DNA of 64,000 nt from Marsupella aquatica (taxonomy: Eukaryota > Plantae > Marchantiophyta): contig OZ316893.1 in the NCBI GenBank assembly GCA_973895155.1, positions 19,658,857 to 19,722,856 on the forward strand, given 5' to 3'. The notes beneath the pieces were generated by a model, which saw nothing but the letters and a program-made list of their open reading frames with translations, had not been told where the DNA came from and did no database searches. Positions 1 through 12,158 of the stretch are shown here, in pieces. The position numbers were made by a program, and so were the translations under genes. Positions within the stretch are counted from its first letter, which is position 1. The number at the start of each line of letters is the position of its first letter.

Positions 1-429
1 GTTACTTCGAATCTCTGGTGACACGGGTCATTTAAAAGTATAGGTAATCAGTAAGTCTCTCTAGAAACCAGGAGATACTGTCCAGATACTGGCTTACCAA
101 GACTATTTTTTCTAATTATTGTAACTTCTAGACTGACCAGAAGTGTAGAATCCTACACAAGGTGTCTACCACAAGTTAAACGACGAGTTCTCATGTACTG
201 TGACTGGGGTTGTTCTAGACAGCACTCATTTCATTTCATAAATTATATAATCATATATGCAAAACACAACATACTATTTTGAGTATCAATGTCACCTCAT
301 TAGTTCACTATATGGCATAATCTGAGCATCATCTACTCTCTAAAACATAGTTCTCACGAAAGTTAAGCTGGACCAAGGGATGCCCATCCCTGTGTACTGT
401 GACACATATTGCTTCATTTCACATGCAAA

Positions 430-990
430 TATTCACTCTGATTGACTAGCTTTGGAAGGATGCTTCATTTTTAAGGATGCCCCAAGTAATTTTTCCAGGT
501 GCCCTGACCAACTGTAAAATGCGAGTTTAAATTTTGCATTTATTTAAGCAACTTTCAAATCTTCACTAAGCTCAAATGTTTCCAGCCTCTTTTCTGATGT
601 CAGTCCATTACCTGACACACTTTACATTTTTTTAAGATGATTTGCTCCATTGCCAAAGAGTGGTAAATGGTTGAATCTTACAAACTATCTGTAAGTGGAT
701 GCCCTGAGTAATTTGGGCACAAGCAACCTGGCACCTTGGGGAAGGCTTCACTTTTGTTGAGGACACCCTCAGTAATTTGTGCATGAGCCTCAACTTACCA
801 CCACATTATCTAATGGAAATCAGGTGCAAACAGTCAGTAGCCCATTTACAGGACACATTTTGGTCAAAACTCTAAAGTGTGCTATTAGAATATTTCTAGA
901 TGTTTTGAGTCAGTCCATCCCAGCTTTGAAAATACATGGGGGCTTCACAGCAAACCCCTGGGTCCATCCAGGGTTAACATGCTAGTTCTT
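430..990. mobile_element. Degenerate dispersed repeat (unclassified TE remnant), family A copy 1
   Basis: Shares long blocks (e.g. GAGTCAGTCCATCCCA.CTTTG.AAA, GGTCCATCCAGG, GATGCCCTGAGTA) with 46555-46835 and 27930-28150. Confidence 0.65.
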
Positions 991-2139
991 GGTGACATTC
1001 TTACTTCACAAAAATCGAAAAATAGTTCAAAGTTTTTAAGTAATCACCAGGGCCTGTTTCGTCTAAATTGATGCAGTAAGTCACAAAGCTAGTCTCCGAG
1101 CTTATATAGTCTCCTTCTGTTTGCAGGGCCTGCTTACCACTAGTTGTAGATTATCCTTTGTCCAACAGGGTGCCCAGTGGTATCGATTGATCACATGGAG
1201 AGACCAATGCTTCGAAAATTCTTCATAAATTGAGCACATACAAATTCTTTAATTTAGACATGAAGAGGGGAGACTTCTGGAGACAAAACTCGAACATTCG
1301 ATCAGCTGTCTACTCAAGATCGCATTGTGGCTCTAGCCTAAGATAAGCAGAGTTGTATACGGTATTGAACCTAGCAAAAAACTTTTCGTTGATTACCCAA
1401 GCGATATATCCATGACATCACAGAATTCATTTGATTATTAGCTGTCAAAAGAGATGTGAGATTGAAGTGCATTTGGGTCTCAAAACATTGGAGAGTGATT
1501 TTCTAGAATCACAGTTACTACAGTATGGTAGCTCCCAACGTCCACAAATTCTACAAGGGAAAAAAGATAACTCCATTCTTCATACCGGGACAAAGCCAGT
1601 TTTTCCTGTGACAATTTTGTCATAGAAATTCCTCGACCCAGAACCCCCAACATCGTGAAGCTCACTGGATGTCCAAACAAGAATCGAATAAGCAATCCTC
1701 AAAGTGAGCAATTGGGTGTCCGAGGAGATCAAATACTGGTACTGAAACCAAGTGAAAATACGAGTTATCCAATTGAGCATGGTGATCAATGACAACATAA
1801 GATCAATTATGTGTGTGCAGGATCTGTGGCAGGATTCAACATTGTGTGCGGTTTTCAGCCCAAATAGAACAAATTGTATGCCTCAATTAATCCAATCATG
1901 ATGGGACCGATCTGTACGTGATACCCGTCGCCTGCCAGCCCCCATATCCTCATGACAAAACTCACACTGTATGGACTGAAGCACAGATAACTCATCAATT
2001 AGTAGTGCTAAACAAATTCTTCATATTCAAATCTAAAGGTGGTCGATCTTGTAAGGTTATGTCCACATCCTTTCACGCAATAACGTTTAATGCCTGTGTT
2101 TTGAGTAGATACATTTTGAGAAAACCCAATGGCGCTTAC

Positions 2140-2364
2140 GTTTATCGATGGACTGGAAGTAGTCTTCCTCCTCAACCTCGTTCTCCCGCTCCACTTTCTC
2201 TGTCGTGGATTTAGTTGATGCCACTCGAATTTTAGGCAAAGATAGGTGCAATCTTTGTGCAATCTTTGCCTAAAAAATATCGCTAATCTTTACAAAGGAA
2301 CTTTTGCTCGCTGCCAGAAATTAAAGATTATGAAGGAATCTTACACTTGAGCATCGCCTGCCAT
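2140..2364 (-). CDS. DMC1: Probable 5' coding exons of a DMC1-like meiotic recombinase gene; the remainder is not found in the window
   Basis: A minus-strand frame ending at a strong donor (C|GTAAGC at 2140/2139) reads ...TEKVERENEVEEEDYFQSIDK(L). This resembles, from memory, the plant DMC1 N-terminus (EREENDEDEDLFEMIDKL). A short upstream ATG exon candidate (MAGDAQ, 2364-2345) is followed by GTAAG. The acceptor is ambiguous, and the next exon (xQGINAGDVKKL) is not seen in 1-2139. Confidence 0.45.
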
Positions 2365-3371
2365 TTTGGGGGAAGTACGTTTGCGAAGTTGCGCGCACAG
2401 CACGAGGCTGAGTCATCCTGGATTCCGTCCTTCCACAAGTACATGATTTACATCACAGCCAGGTGGCACAGAATATGCACATTCTCTGCGGTAACGAGTA
2501 CTCGAAGCAGACAGTTCTCCTAAGCGAGTTCGCACATTGCCGGTGTGTCCACTCATGGCTCGGCAAAACAACAAATTGATTGGTCGTGAGCAGCAGCCAT
2601 AACAAATTGCGTTGAGATAGAGTACACAATTTATCCTCACATAATGTTGCAAGCTTTGTTTGCGCCTAGCGAGAAAATCATACTTACATGTTTAGTCACA
2701 CCGCAAAGAATGGGATCGTGTAATGAATGATGTTTATCAAGAGTGTTTAGCTCCAAGTCGCCTTTAAGCATGGAAACAAAATCAAAGAATCGCGAGGTCT
2801 GAAAACTGAGTCTACGCCTGCATTCGAGATCTGTAAGGAACGTGCTACGCATGCTTTGAGACAGATCTCAAAGATCGAATCGAGGCAACGGACTGGAGAG
2901 GATTGCTGCATGCATTCAAATTTGAGTTCACTGAATGCTCGAAAATGCAATTCAAGTAGCACATTCAAGATCACTCAATGCTCGAAAAGCCCGTGTACAG
3001 ACAGAGCGTATGTACTCAAAGCTAAGGTTTCTATGACAAAATGCAAATGTAGTAGCAAACGAACACGAGACAGAGCATTCGTAGGGATAAGAAAATGCTT
3101 CGACCTGGTTGCGAACGACTTGAACGAACGAGACACAGTGCTAAATTCACAGAGCTGTGAGTGCTGCGCGGAGATTTAATAGCGAAATGCTGCAATCTAC
3201 CTACTGTGAAACTGTAGTTGCGACCCAATTGACGAATCAAACGAGCGCTCCCAAAGACGGGTGGGAGAAGGAGAGAGCACAACGACACGTAATGCTCCTG
3301 CACAACTAAACAACGAGAGGCACAGACGCGCTCTGTTTCGGCATCGCCAGTGCATCGCCAGTGCTTTACAG

Positions 3372-3590
3372 GTCAATGATCTCTAAACCCAAAATGTAGC
3401 ACATCGTTGGGAGGCCTAGAAATCTTTTGGAGGCCTTGAAATTGAGAAAGCCCTTTATCTGTCAATGATCTCTAAACCCAAAACATAGCACATCTTTTGG
3501 AGGCCTTGAAATTAAGAAAGCCGTTTATCTGTCAATGATCTCTAAACCCAAAACATAGCACATCTTTTGGAGGCCTAGAAATCAAAAGAG
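3372..3590. repeat. Tandem repeat, 3 copies of a 70-89 bp unit
   Basis: GTCAATGATCTCTAAACCCAAAA starts at 3372, 3461 and 3531. Confidence 0.9.
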
Positions 3591-3652
3591 CCTCAAATTG
3601 TCCAAAGTGATATGCTGTCATACCTAGCTTGAGAATGTCAAGCATATACAGA

Positions 3653-3770
3653 ATCTTGTGACATGTGATGGAATATGTTGCCTTAGATGAGAATAGAGAT
3701 CTTGTGACATGTGATGGAATATGTTGCCTTAGAAGAGGAATAGAGATCTTGTGACATGTGATGGAATAGA
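3653..3770. repeat. Tandem repeat, ~2.5 copies of a 46-47 bp unit
   Basis: ATCTTGTGACATGTGATGGAATA starts at 3653, 3699 and 3746. Confidence 0.9.
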
Positions 3771-5049
3771 GGTAGCCACAAAGGTGTCTTGCCTGGCAGC
3801 CATTTCTATCAACTATGGAGGTCAGGGTTGTGATAATGTAAGTTGGCTGCCATTTATTTAGGGATAAGGGCCATTGCTGCGAAGGCATCCATTGGAAATC
3901 AGCCCCTAAATGCTCTTTTTTGAGGTTACCTACTCATTCTAACCCTCTTGCTGGAATTGCTCTTAGTGCCCAGATCTTGCTTTGCTCCGCCCCGCCCCCT
4001 CAATAGTCCGGATAGGTATGTGTATAAGATTAAGGTTGCAAAGGTCCCTTGCACAAAGTATATCATACAGCCATGATTTGAATTCATGCACTTAACTGGA
4101 ACAAATCATCCAAATTTTTGTGTTGGCCTAACTGCATTCGCTTTTTTGGGGTTCAGATCTTCACTGATCATAATCTCTTTGGGGGAGCCTATGTGCACAT
4201 TTATTAATTTTGACCAAAGCATCGAAATAACATATACTCCCACAATTCGTGGAGACTAAACCCTGGGCACCCTAATTCTTGATGGGGAATTACATGTCCT
4301 GCCTTTCACACTCACCAAAACTGGCAGTCAGGTTCAAACGATGAGAATCCCTGAAGCATCAAGTGTACTCACCAGAGCAGCTGCAGAGATGTTTGATTGA
4401 AAAAAGAGCCAATAGCAGCTATCAATCAGTCTTGGCATGCTTTGTCCCGCTAGCTTGTGGACCTAAGGACTGCGAGCCTCTGGAGTGAGAGACACTGGCT
4501 ATACAGTCTGGGGTGTGCAGACCAGGCACTCTGGGGGTTCCATAATGGGCAACCTCAATAAGTGTGATACATCTATAGATGATTCAAATGGTTATCTGGT
4601 GCCATCACCTTCTCATAAATAAATCGAAAATAGATGAATAATTCAAATCATTATTGGCAAGTGCAATATAAATAAACTCTTGCACTTTAAAACAAAAGTA
4701 TTGTTGAACTCTTATTTTGCAAAAATTGTCTTCTTCGCAGAAGATTATTGCACTATGTGGGTCTTGAAGAAAGCTGCAGTTTCATATCTTACCCTTCTTG
4801 TTAAACAAAGACGCTTGCCTATAATGCAGAATATCATTTATCAAGCAAACTTGCACTTACAGGGAAGCTACAATTTCAAAAACTGTTTTTGATTTGATCG
4901 ACACTCGGTAAGATACATGGGACCATCCAAGGACTTAAATGGCTTTTTTTGGTTCCAAATCCTTATACTGGGTTAGTGTTGTACAAAAATTGTGTGCACT
5001 TACTGGGAAAACAATTATCAAGTTAAGATTGTTGTTACACACAAATCCT

Positions 5050-5590
5050 TCCACCCTTGCACTTATGGCAGAATTTCCTTTCAATGTTGTGCTCTTGCAC
5101 TTATGGTGGAATTTCAGATATCAAGGTTGCACTCTTAGACTTACAGCGGAATTTCATTGCAAGGTAAGTTGCACTCTTGCACTTATGGTGGAATTTCATT
5201 TAGGAAGGTTGCACTTTTGAAATTATGGCAGAATTTCATTTCAAGGTTCCTCTCTTGCACTTATGGTGGAACTTCATTTCAAGGTTCCATCTTGCACTTA
5301 TGGTGGACTTTGATTTTTCAAGGTCGCACTTACATTCTTCAAAGGTTTGCACTTACAGGGAAGGCAAAATTTATTAATTAACAGTGTTGGACAAAAAATT
5401 CTTGCACTTATCGAAAAGCCACAATTTCCATGTTAACATTGTTGTTACATACACTTCTTCCACTCTTGCACTTATGTTGGAATTCCACTTATCAAGGTTG
5501 CACTCTTGCACTTATGTTGGAATTCCACTTATCAAGGTTGCACTCTTGCACTTACGGTGGAGTTGCATTTATCAAGGGTGCACTTACTGC
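5050..5590. repeat. ~40-bp minisatellite built on a TGCACTTA motif, upstream of ILP1
   Basis: Unit CACTCTTGCACTTATGTTGGAATTCCACTTATCAAGGTTG is identical at 5461 and 5501, with a variant at 5541 and degenerate copies across 5050-5330. Confidence 0.9.
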
Positions 5591-6404
5591 TGTAAGATTG
5601 GAACATTTGAACGCTGTTCGATTGCTTCTGGAGTACAGTAGTGTTTGACCCACGTCCCGTCTCGTCCTCTGCTCTCGCTCTCCTCTTTTCCGCGCAACCC
5701 AACTTCGCAAGCTCGAGCAATCGAGCGATCGAGCGATCAACACCGAGCTCGAAACCAAATTCGACTCCCGTGCTCGGCTCTGCGATTGCTCTATTCAATT
5801 CATCGACGATTTGGTGCTCGCCAGCAACTTTCGTTAGAGGAGTTCATCGATCCCTCTCGCGAAGAGAGGAGTTCATCGGTCTCAGGGCGAGCGAGACAGA
5901 GCGAGAGAAAGACATGCTTGTGGGGTGAATGCGTGTGCCATTCTTTAGTCCTGCTCACGGCAATGAGGTGTGATTCCGTTCTCTCTTTGTGCTTCGTGTG
6001 ATGTTTGTATCCGTCATTGTGAATTGTGAAGAATTTTCGTTCATCATGTTTGTGTCGCACCCCTGCTCGAGTGGGAGCGCAGCATCCCAGCGCTGCTGTT
6101 TTTCAGCTTGGAACTTGAGCAATAGGATGTGGTCCCTCTGCCCTTGAGAGGATTGCCATGTTGACGACTGTTTCTTTCGTCTGCTTGTTCCACTTTGCGT
6201 TGGTGCCAGACTTTCGTGATATTTTCGTGGGCTAGAGCATGCCGTATCTATCGTCTTCTCGGCCTCCTGCTTGCGCCATCGTCTTCTGCTCTAAGGACGT
6301 AGAGGACAAGTTATCTGGCTCGATATGAGATTCGGGACGATGCCGTGAACGAGGAATGCGTAGGGTTTGGAGCCCTGAGGAATATACACCTTGAAGTCAG
6401 CGAA

Positions 6405-9400
6405 ATGATGAAGGCCAAAAAATTCCGGCGGAGAGCTGAAGACGACGACGATGCGGACGGTGAAGACAGTGTGAAAGTCGTCGTGAAACCGGCATCTGAG
6501 AAATCTGGAAAAGAGAAAGGGAAGGAAAAGTCTGTGCCGAAAGCGGGCGGTCCAAAACTCCTGAGCTTTGCAGAAGATGATGAATACGCTGACAGTAGTG
6601 GAGCGAAAAACACCATCGGGGGAGGTCTGAAGTCTGGGACCAGGAGGGAAAAATCGAAAGGAAAGCCGCCGGCGAAGGCGGGAGATACTGGTTTGCTCAG
6701 CTTTGAAGATGATGCTGCGACTTTTGGTAATGGGGCTAGTACGTTGAAGTCGAAGAAAAAATCGGGATTCGGAGCAGATAAGGGTAGTGGCCCCAAATTA
6801 GGGTTTGGTAGAGACAAATCTGTAGGCAATTCCTCTGCTCCTTCCAATCTGCAACCACAAGCTGGGGAGTATAACAAAGAGAAGCTTGCAGAGCTTCAAC
6901 GTAATACGATACGCCTCGGTGGGCCCGCACCTCCTCCCGCAGACAGTAAACCCTCGGAACCGGTTGTGGTGCTGAAGGGTCTTGTGAAGCCTGCAGGAAT
7001 TACTAATGGTAGCTTAGGAGAAGGGAATGAGCACAGGGAAATTTTGGGACAGTCAGGCATCTCGGATGTTAGATTACGAGTTGACAAGGGACGAGAGAGG
7101 GATGAAAGAGATAGGTTGACAAGGGACAAAGATGATGCAGAAAGTCGGCTGGGGTTGATGGGTATTGGTATAGGTGCTGAAAGCGGTGGGATAACTCACA
7201 TACCTGACGCTGCGGCCATTGCTGCTGCGAAAGCAAAGAGAGAAAGGCTTCGGCAAGCTCAGGCTGCCCCTGACTATATATCCTTAGCGACGGGAGACGG
7301 GGCAGAGCTTAGAAGTAAGCTCCGTGAGTCAGCCTTTGGAGTGGACCAGGATAATGATGGTGAAAGACAAGAGGATGATGACTCGAGTGCAGATGAGGCA
7401 GAGGTTCAGGGCCGACTTGCCTTTCTTGGAGAAAACACAGCGGGCCAGAAGAACAGAACGGGTGGTGTCTTTGAGTCGGTCGAGGAAAGGGTTGTCCAAA
7501 GGGGTCCACTAGAAGAACAAAGGGACGAGGATGAAGAGGATGAAGAGCGCCGGTGGGAAGAAGAACAGCTGCGAAAGGGGTTCGGGAAACGAGTCGACGA
7601 GGCTGCGAATCGTAGTGCTTCCGCTACAAGTACTGGGCCTTCACAGGCTCCAAATTCCGGATTTGGCAGTGCTGCTCCCACTCCTGGGTCAGGCTGGGGG
7701 TGGGGGCAGAGCTCAGAAAGGCTATCCATTCAACAACAAGCAGAAGCTGCCATGGCCAAATTGCAAGAAGACTTCACGAGAATGAAGGTACGTGATACGT
7801 CAGTCTATTCATAATTTATGAAAGGCTTGTGGACTGAGTTTATATGCTTCTAGCCTTGGTGGATTTGTGGATATTAGTGTAAAGCAGAGAGGTATAGCGG
7901 ACAACTTTCGTTCTGAACCTTTGTTGGGGGAATTGAAAGAGTTTCTCATACATTTTGTGGATTGTGTGCGAATTGCAGGAGAAACATACAAGGACTGAGG
8001 CACAACTTGCCAGAACGCAGGAAAACATGGCATCATCTGTTAAAGCTGTTAGCGCTCTCGAGCGAACGCTGGCAGCCGCTGGTGAAAAGTATATTTATAT
8101 GCAGGAGCTTCGAGACTACATCTCAACTTTGTGTGATTTTCTCCAGGTATGTATGGCTATGCCTTCCCTGTCATGATGACGTATATAAGAATTTTTGTGC
8201 GGGCATTCTTCTTAGGCATTTTGGCTGCGTAATATGTTCAGTCACAAGAGCTGCCCTGGCATTGCCTTCACTTGCTTGCATGGTTAGCACTCCACTCAAA
8301 ACGAGTACTAGATTATCCTGAGTATTGTCGTTTCAAACGGCAATAGAGCTTGCTTGGCATTCATCTCGGAAATTTAGAGTTGAAGTGTAGAAGGACTTTT
8401 GTTAGCAGCACAGTATACAGTGACTCATGGTGAGGTCGTCGTGTCTTCTCAGGACAAGGCTCCCCTGATAGAAGAGTTGGAGGAGCATATGCAAAGGCTT
8501 CATGAAGAACGTGCCAATGCAGTGACAGAGAGAAGGGTAGGTGATCATTCAGATGAAGTGGCAGAAGTCGAAGCTGCTGTAGGAGCTGCAAAAGCAGTTT
8601 TTAGTAAAGGCGGTGGAACAGCAACTGCCTTAGCAACTGCTGCAGCGGCTGCTTTTTCTGCAGGAGATGGTTCAAAGCTTGGTGCTCAGCTTGATGAATT
8701 TGGTCGAGACGTTAACCTTCAAAAACGAATGGAGAGCAAACGACGAGCTCAGGTGCGAGCGAAGAGAGCAGCTAAAGCAGCTGCACGGAGAACCACATCG
8801 CTGACATCGGGCAATGGAGATGGTCTGGGGAGTCAAAGAGTGGAGGGAGAATCTAGTAGTGAAGAAAGTGAGAGTGAAGCAACAGCTTACCAATCTCGAC
8901 GCGAAGAAGTGCTAGACACTGCTGAAAGGATATTTGGGGATGCCATAGAAGACTATTCACAACTTCGAAAGGTCAAAGAGAGACTGGAGAGTTTGAAGGC
9001 ACGCTATCCTACTGCTTACCGGGATGGCTATGTATCACTGAGTGCTCCTTCCATTTTTGCACCATACGTTCGGTTGGAGCTTCTACAGTGGGATCCTCTG
9101 TTTGGTGATGCCGGTTTTACTAACATGGATTGGTACGTCGCAGCGTTTGGCCTGTCGCTAAACAGTACTTTCTTAGCTAACTAAGGAACCAGAACAAAAG
9201 TGTGGTCAAGATTTTTACCGTCTCCTTCGGGCCCAAGTTTGTTCAGAGATATTATGTGAAAAATCTCCGGAATTTGTAGAATTGCTAATTACTAGAGAAC
9301 TGTAGTTTTGAGTAGTGGCACGTGGGGAACTGTGGTTTATTTGCGAGTTCACGAATTCTTGGCCAACGATAGAATTCTGTTCATCTATCTGGTCTGTCTT

Positions 9401-10534
9401 TTTTTGCTATCCTCTTGACTGCGATAATTCTGAAATTTCAGTTCACTGTCGGTTCTATTATGGCAGGTATAAACTCTTGTCTGATTATGGCATGCGTCGA
9501 GATGGGAAAGAGCCAGAAGAAAGTGATTCAGATGGAGATCTAGTGCCTAAGTTGGTGGAGAAAGTGGCACTACCAATACTTCATCATGAAATTGCTCATT
9601 GCTGGGACAGACTCAGCACTCAAGGAACTCGTCGAGCTGTGATAGCTGTAGAGGATATTCTTGTGTATGTTCCTGCATACAGTGAGCCACTGCAGGAACT
9701 CTTGTCTGCTGTCCGCACTCGCATGGCTGATGCTGTGTCAACATTGGATGTATGACTATTCTTTCCACAACCTATCCATACGATTTGCATTATAGCTCAG
9801 CTGTTATTTTACAGATGTCTTGCTCAGTACTCCATTGTGCTCGATAGTGCATGGAACACAATCGGCAGTAGCTTTCGTTGAGAAGCTATGGGTTTTTTAT
9901 TTCCGAATATGCATCTCAATATTGGTGGATTGACCAGATTTTCTAAAATAATTTCGGGTTCATTCTACAGGTGCCTACTTGGAACCTTCAAGTGATGCAC
10001 GCAGTGCCACAAGCTGCGCGTTTTTCAGCTCAGAAGTTTGGCACCGCCTTGCGCTTGCTGCGGAACATTGGAATGTGGAAAAATGTACTGGCCATGTCTC
10101 TATTGGAAGAACTTGCACTAGATAAGCTATTATCTGCCAAAATCCTACCGCATCTTCGCACACTGCGAGAAACGTTGCACGATGCAGTCACCAGAGCGGA
10201 GCGGGTGATGTCCGCTCTGGATCGGGTTTGGTTGGGATCCCCTCAGTTGAGGTACGGAATCTTTATACAGTTATTTCCATAGACCGTCTTTCGTTTGGCC
10301 GCCCTTCACAGGTCACTAATCATGAATATTGTACCTTGCAGCCCCAAGCTCGCGTCTTTTGTAGAATACATCACAACACTTACTCGATTGGTGGAGAAGA
10401 AGAGAGATGGTGGAGCAAGTATCGAAGACAGTGTGGGATTGGCAAGGAGGGTTAAAGTGATGCTGGTGAAGCTCAATGAGTACGACAGGGCACGGCAGTT
10501 GGCGAAGCATTTCCAGCTTAAGGAGGCCTTGTAG
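6405..10534 (+). CDS. ILP1: ILP1 / GC-rich sequence DNA-binding factor (GCFC/PAXBP1 family), spliceosome-disassembly NTR complex partner; 6 exons
   Basis: Exons 6405-7787, 7979-8146, 8453-9132, 9467-9749, 9971-10251, 10342-10534 are all GT-AG and frame-consistent. Motifs: KKFRRR, LLSF(A)EDD, PQAGEY, AKRERLRQ..APDYISL, WEEEQLRKG, LDEFGRDVNL, IFAPYVRLELLQWDPL, LVPKLVEKVALP. Confidence 0.93.
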
Positions 10535-10597
10535 GACCACTGACGGGGCACGGCAGTTGGCGAAGTATTTCTAGCTTAAGAGGCGTTGGAGGGCCAC
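10488..10597 (+). repeat. Tandem duplication of the ILP1 stop-codon region (~58 bp period)
   Basis: GGGCACGGCAGTTGGCGAAGCATTTCCAGCTTAAG is repeated in diverged form as GGGCACGGCAGTTGGCGAAGTATTTCTAGCTTAAG. Confidence 0.85.
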
Positions 10598-12158
10598 TCC
10601 CTTAGTAGTGATTAGGCTAAGAGCAGCGATTCTGCTCACATCTTTTTCTTGGTCATCGAACAGTGTAAAGGTAGATCACATATGGTATTGAAAATGGAAA
10701 TAGAATAGAATTGTAACAAAGCAAGCACCTGAGTGTAAGTTAGATCGGCTCCATTGAATTCCAATACCCTTCCTCCCAAAGTGGGTATAATTATGTCAGG
10801 AATTGATACTCTTTGCTCTGCATCGAGTTTCCACTTTGCCAATGGATGGTACCCCTATTTTTGATCCATTACTAACCTTAGGCTTTCTAGCTTCACGTTC
10901 TACCTAGAAGCAAAGGACGCGGATGCTTTTCTAGTCGCTACGCTGAGGATGTGTTTCCCTCTAAGCTCATGTTTCTGCGAAGCGACTGTCTGATGCTCCT
11001 GTCCATGGAATGGTATCTGAATACCCTTGCAATGATAATCAATGATGATCAAAGAATTCATCTTGTGCGGAGAATCCTTGCTTGAGTGACATGTTACCTA
11101 CTATCTTTCTTTTTGGAATTGCAGTTCGAGTAAGCTTTAGCCAAAGGGTGCAAACTCCAGGTAAGCAACTCCTTCAAGTCCAGATCTAACATCCATTTTA
11201 CCTTCAAAAGATTGGAGGATTTAACTACTGAAGTTTCACGAAGAAGCATTTATATCAGTTTGACTACACAATTGCATACAATTTCTAGGGGGCAAAGATG
11301 TATTGCTCATTAGCAACAACTTTTCAAACCATTATTGTCAGTACAAAAACCTGGACAGCACACTGTTTGTCATGAGTTCACCGTCGCCTGTACATATTAA
11401 GGCGCCTAATGTCCTGTCACCCATCTTCATCAAATTGACGGTTTCAGATCCTTAGGCACGAATATTAACTCTGTAAATCAGCCAAAAAACAACTCCTGCT
11501 CCCCACTTTGCCAGTTGAGAAAGACAACCACCGGACTATCTCATGCAATTTTCAAACATCAGTACAAGCTGCTACAATCATCAAGGGGTTTTTATTCAAT
11601 AATGTGCACAGTTGTAAGACAACTCGATCCTAGAAAGCATGAGGTGGTATTGAGGATGAACCAGAGCCTTTGAAAAACTGTCCGCCCTGTCTCTACCAAC
11701 GTTTGCACAATTCTCAGGAATTCAGTAGCCGGCTCCGTCTAAAGAAAGTGCGTTGCTTTAAATTGAGAATCGCCTTTAAATTTATCATTTGCCTCGTTTT
11801 CACTCCTGGTGGAAGAAGGGGTGTAAACAATCACACGCGCTTTCCCTCATACCCAAAATCAACGTCGTCTCTTCCTGTAAGAACCAGCGATCAAAGGGAT
11901 CTTCCAAAACATGTGATCTCCCCGCCATTATCTGCACATCCTCGGAACTTGTGGGTTCCTACACTATCCTAGGGCTGTCACCCTTCGAAGATCATAATGA
12001 AGCCTCCAGAAAACTGCTTCTCGAAATCTACTTGGGAAGACAGACAGGCCGCATTTCCGGGCCTCCCACAACCTCCTGTAGTTCTCGTGCCGGCACTCTA
12101 CACCGTCCAAGCCAGAATTACACTTTTCTGTGCATTCCAGCACAATGATCATCTCGAG

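Noticed and set aside
2075-2105. TGIK peptide as DMC1 exon 4
   Set aside because: Flanking residues do not match NLTGIKGLSEAK; likely a chance match.
6311-7729. Minus-strand ORFs of 188, 107 and 77 aa
   Set aside because: Antisense shadows of ILP1 exon 1.
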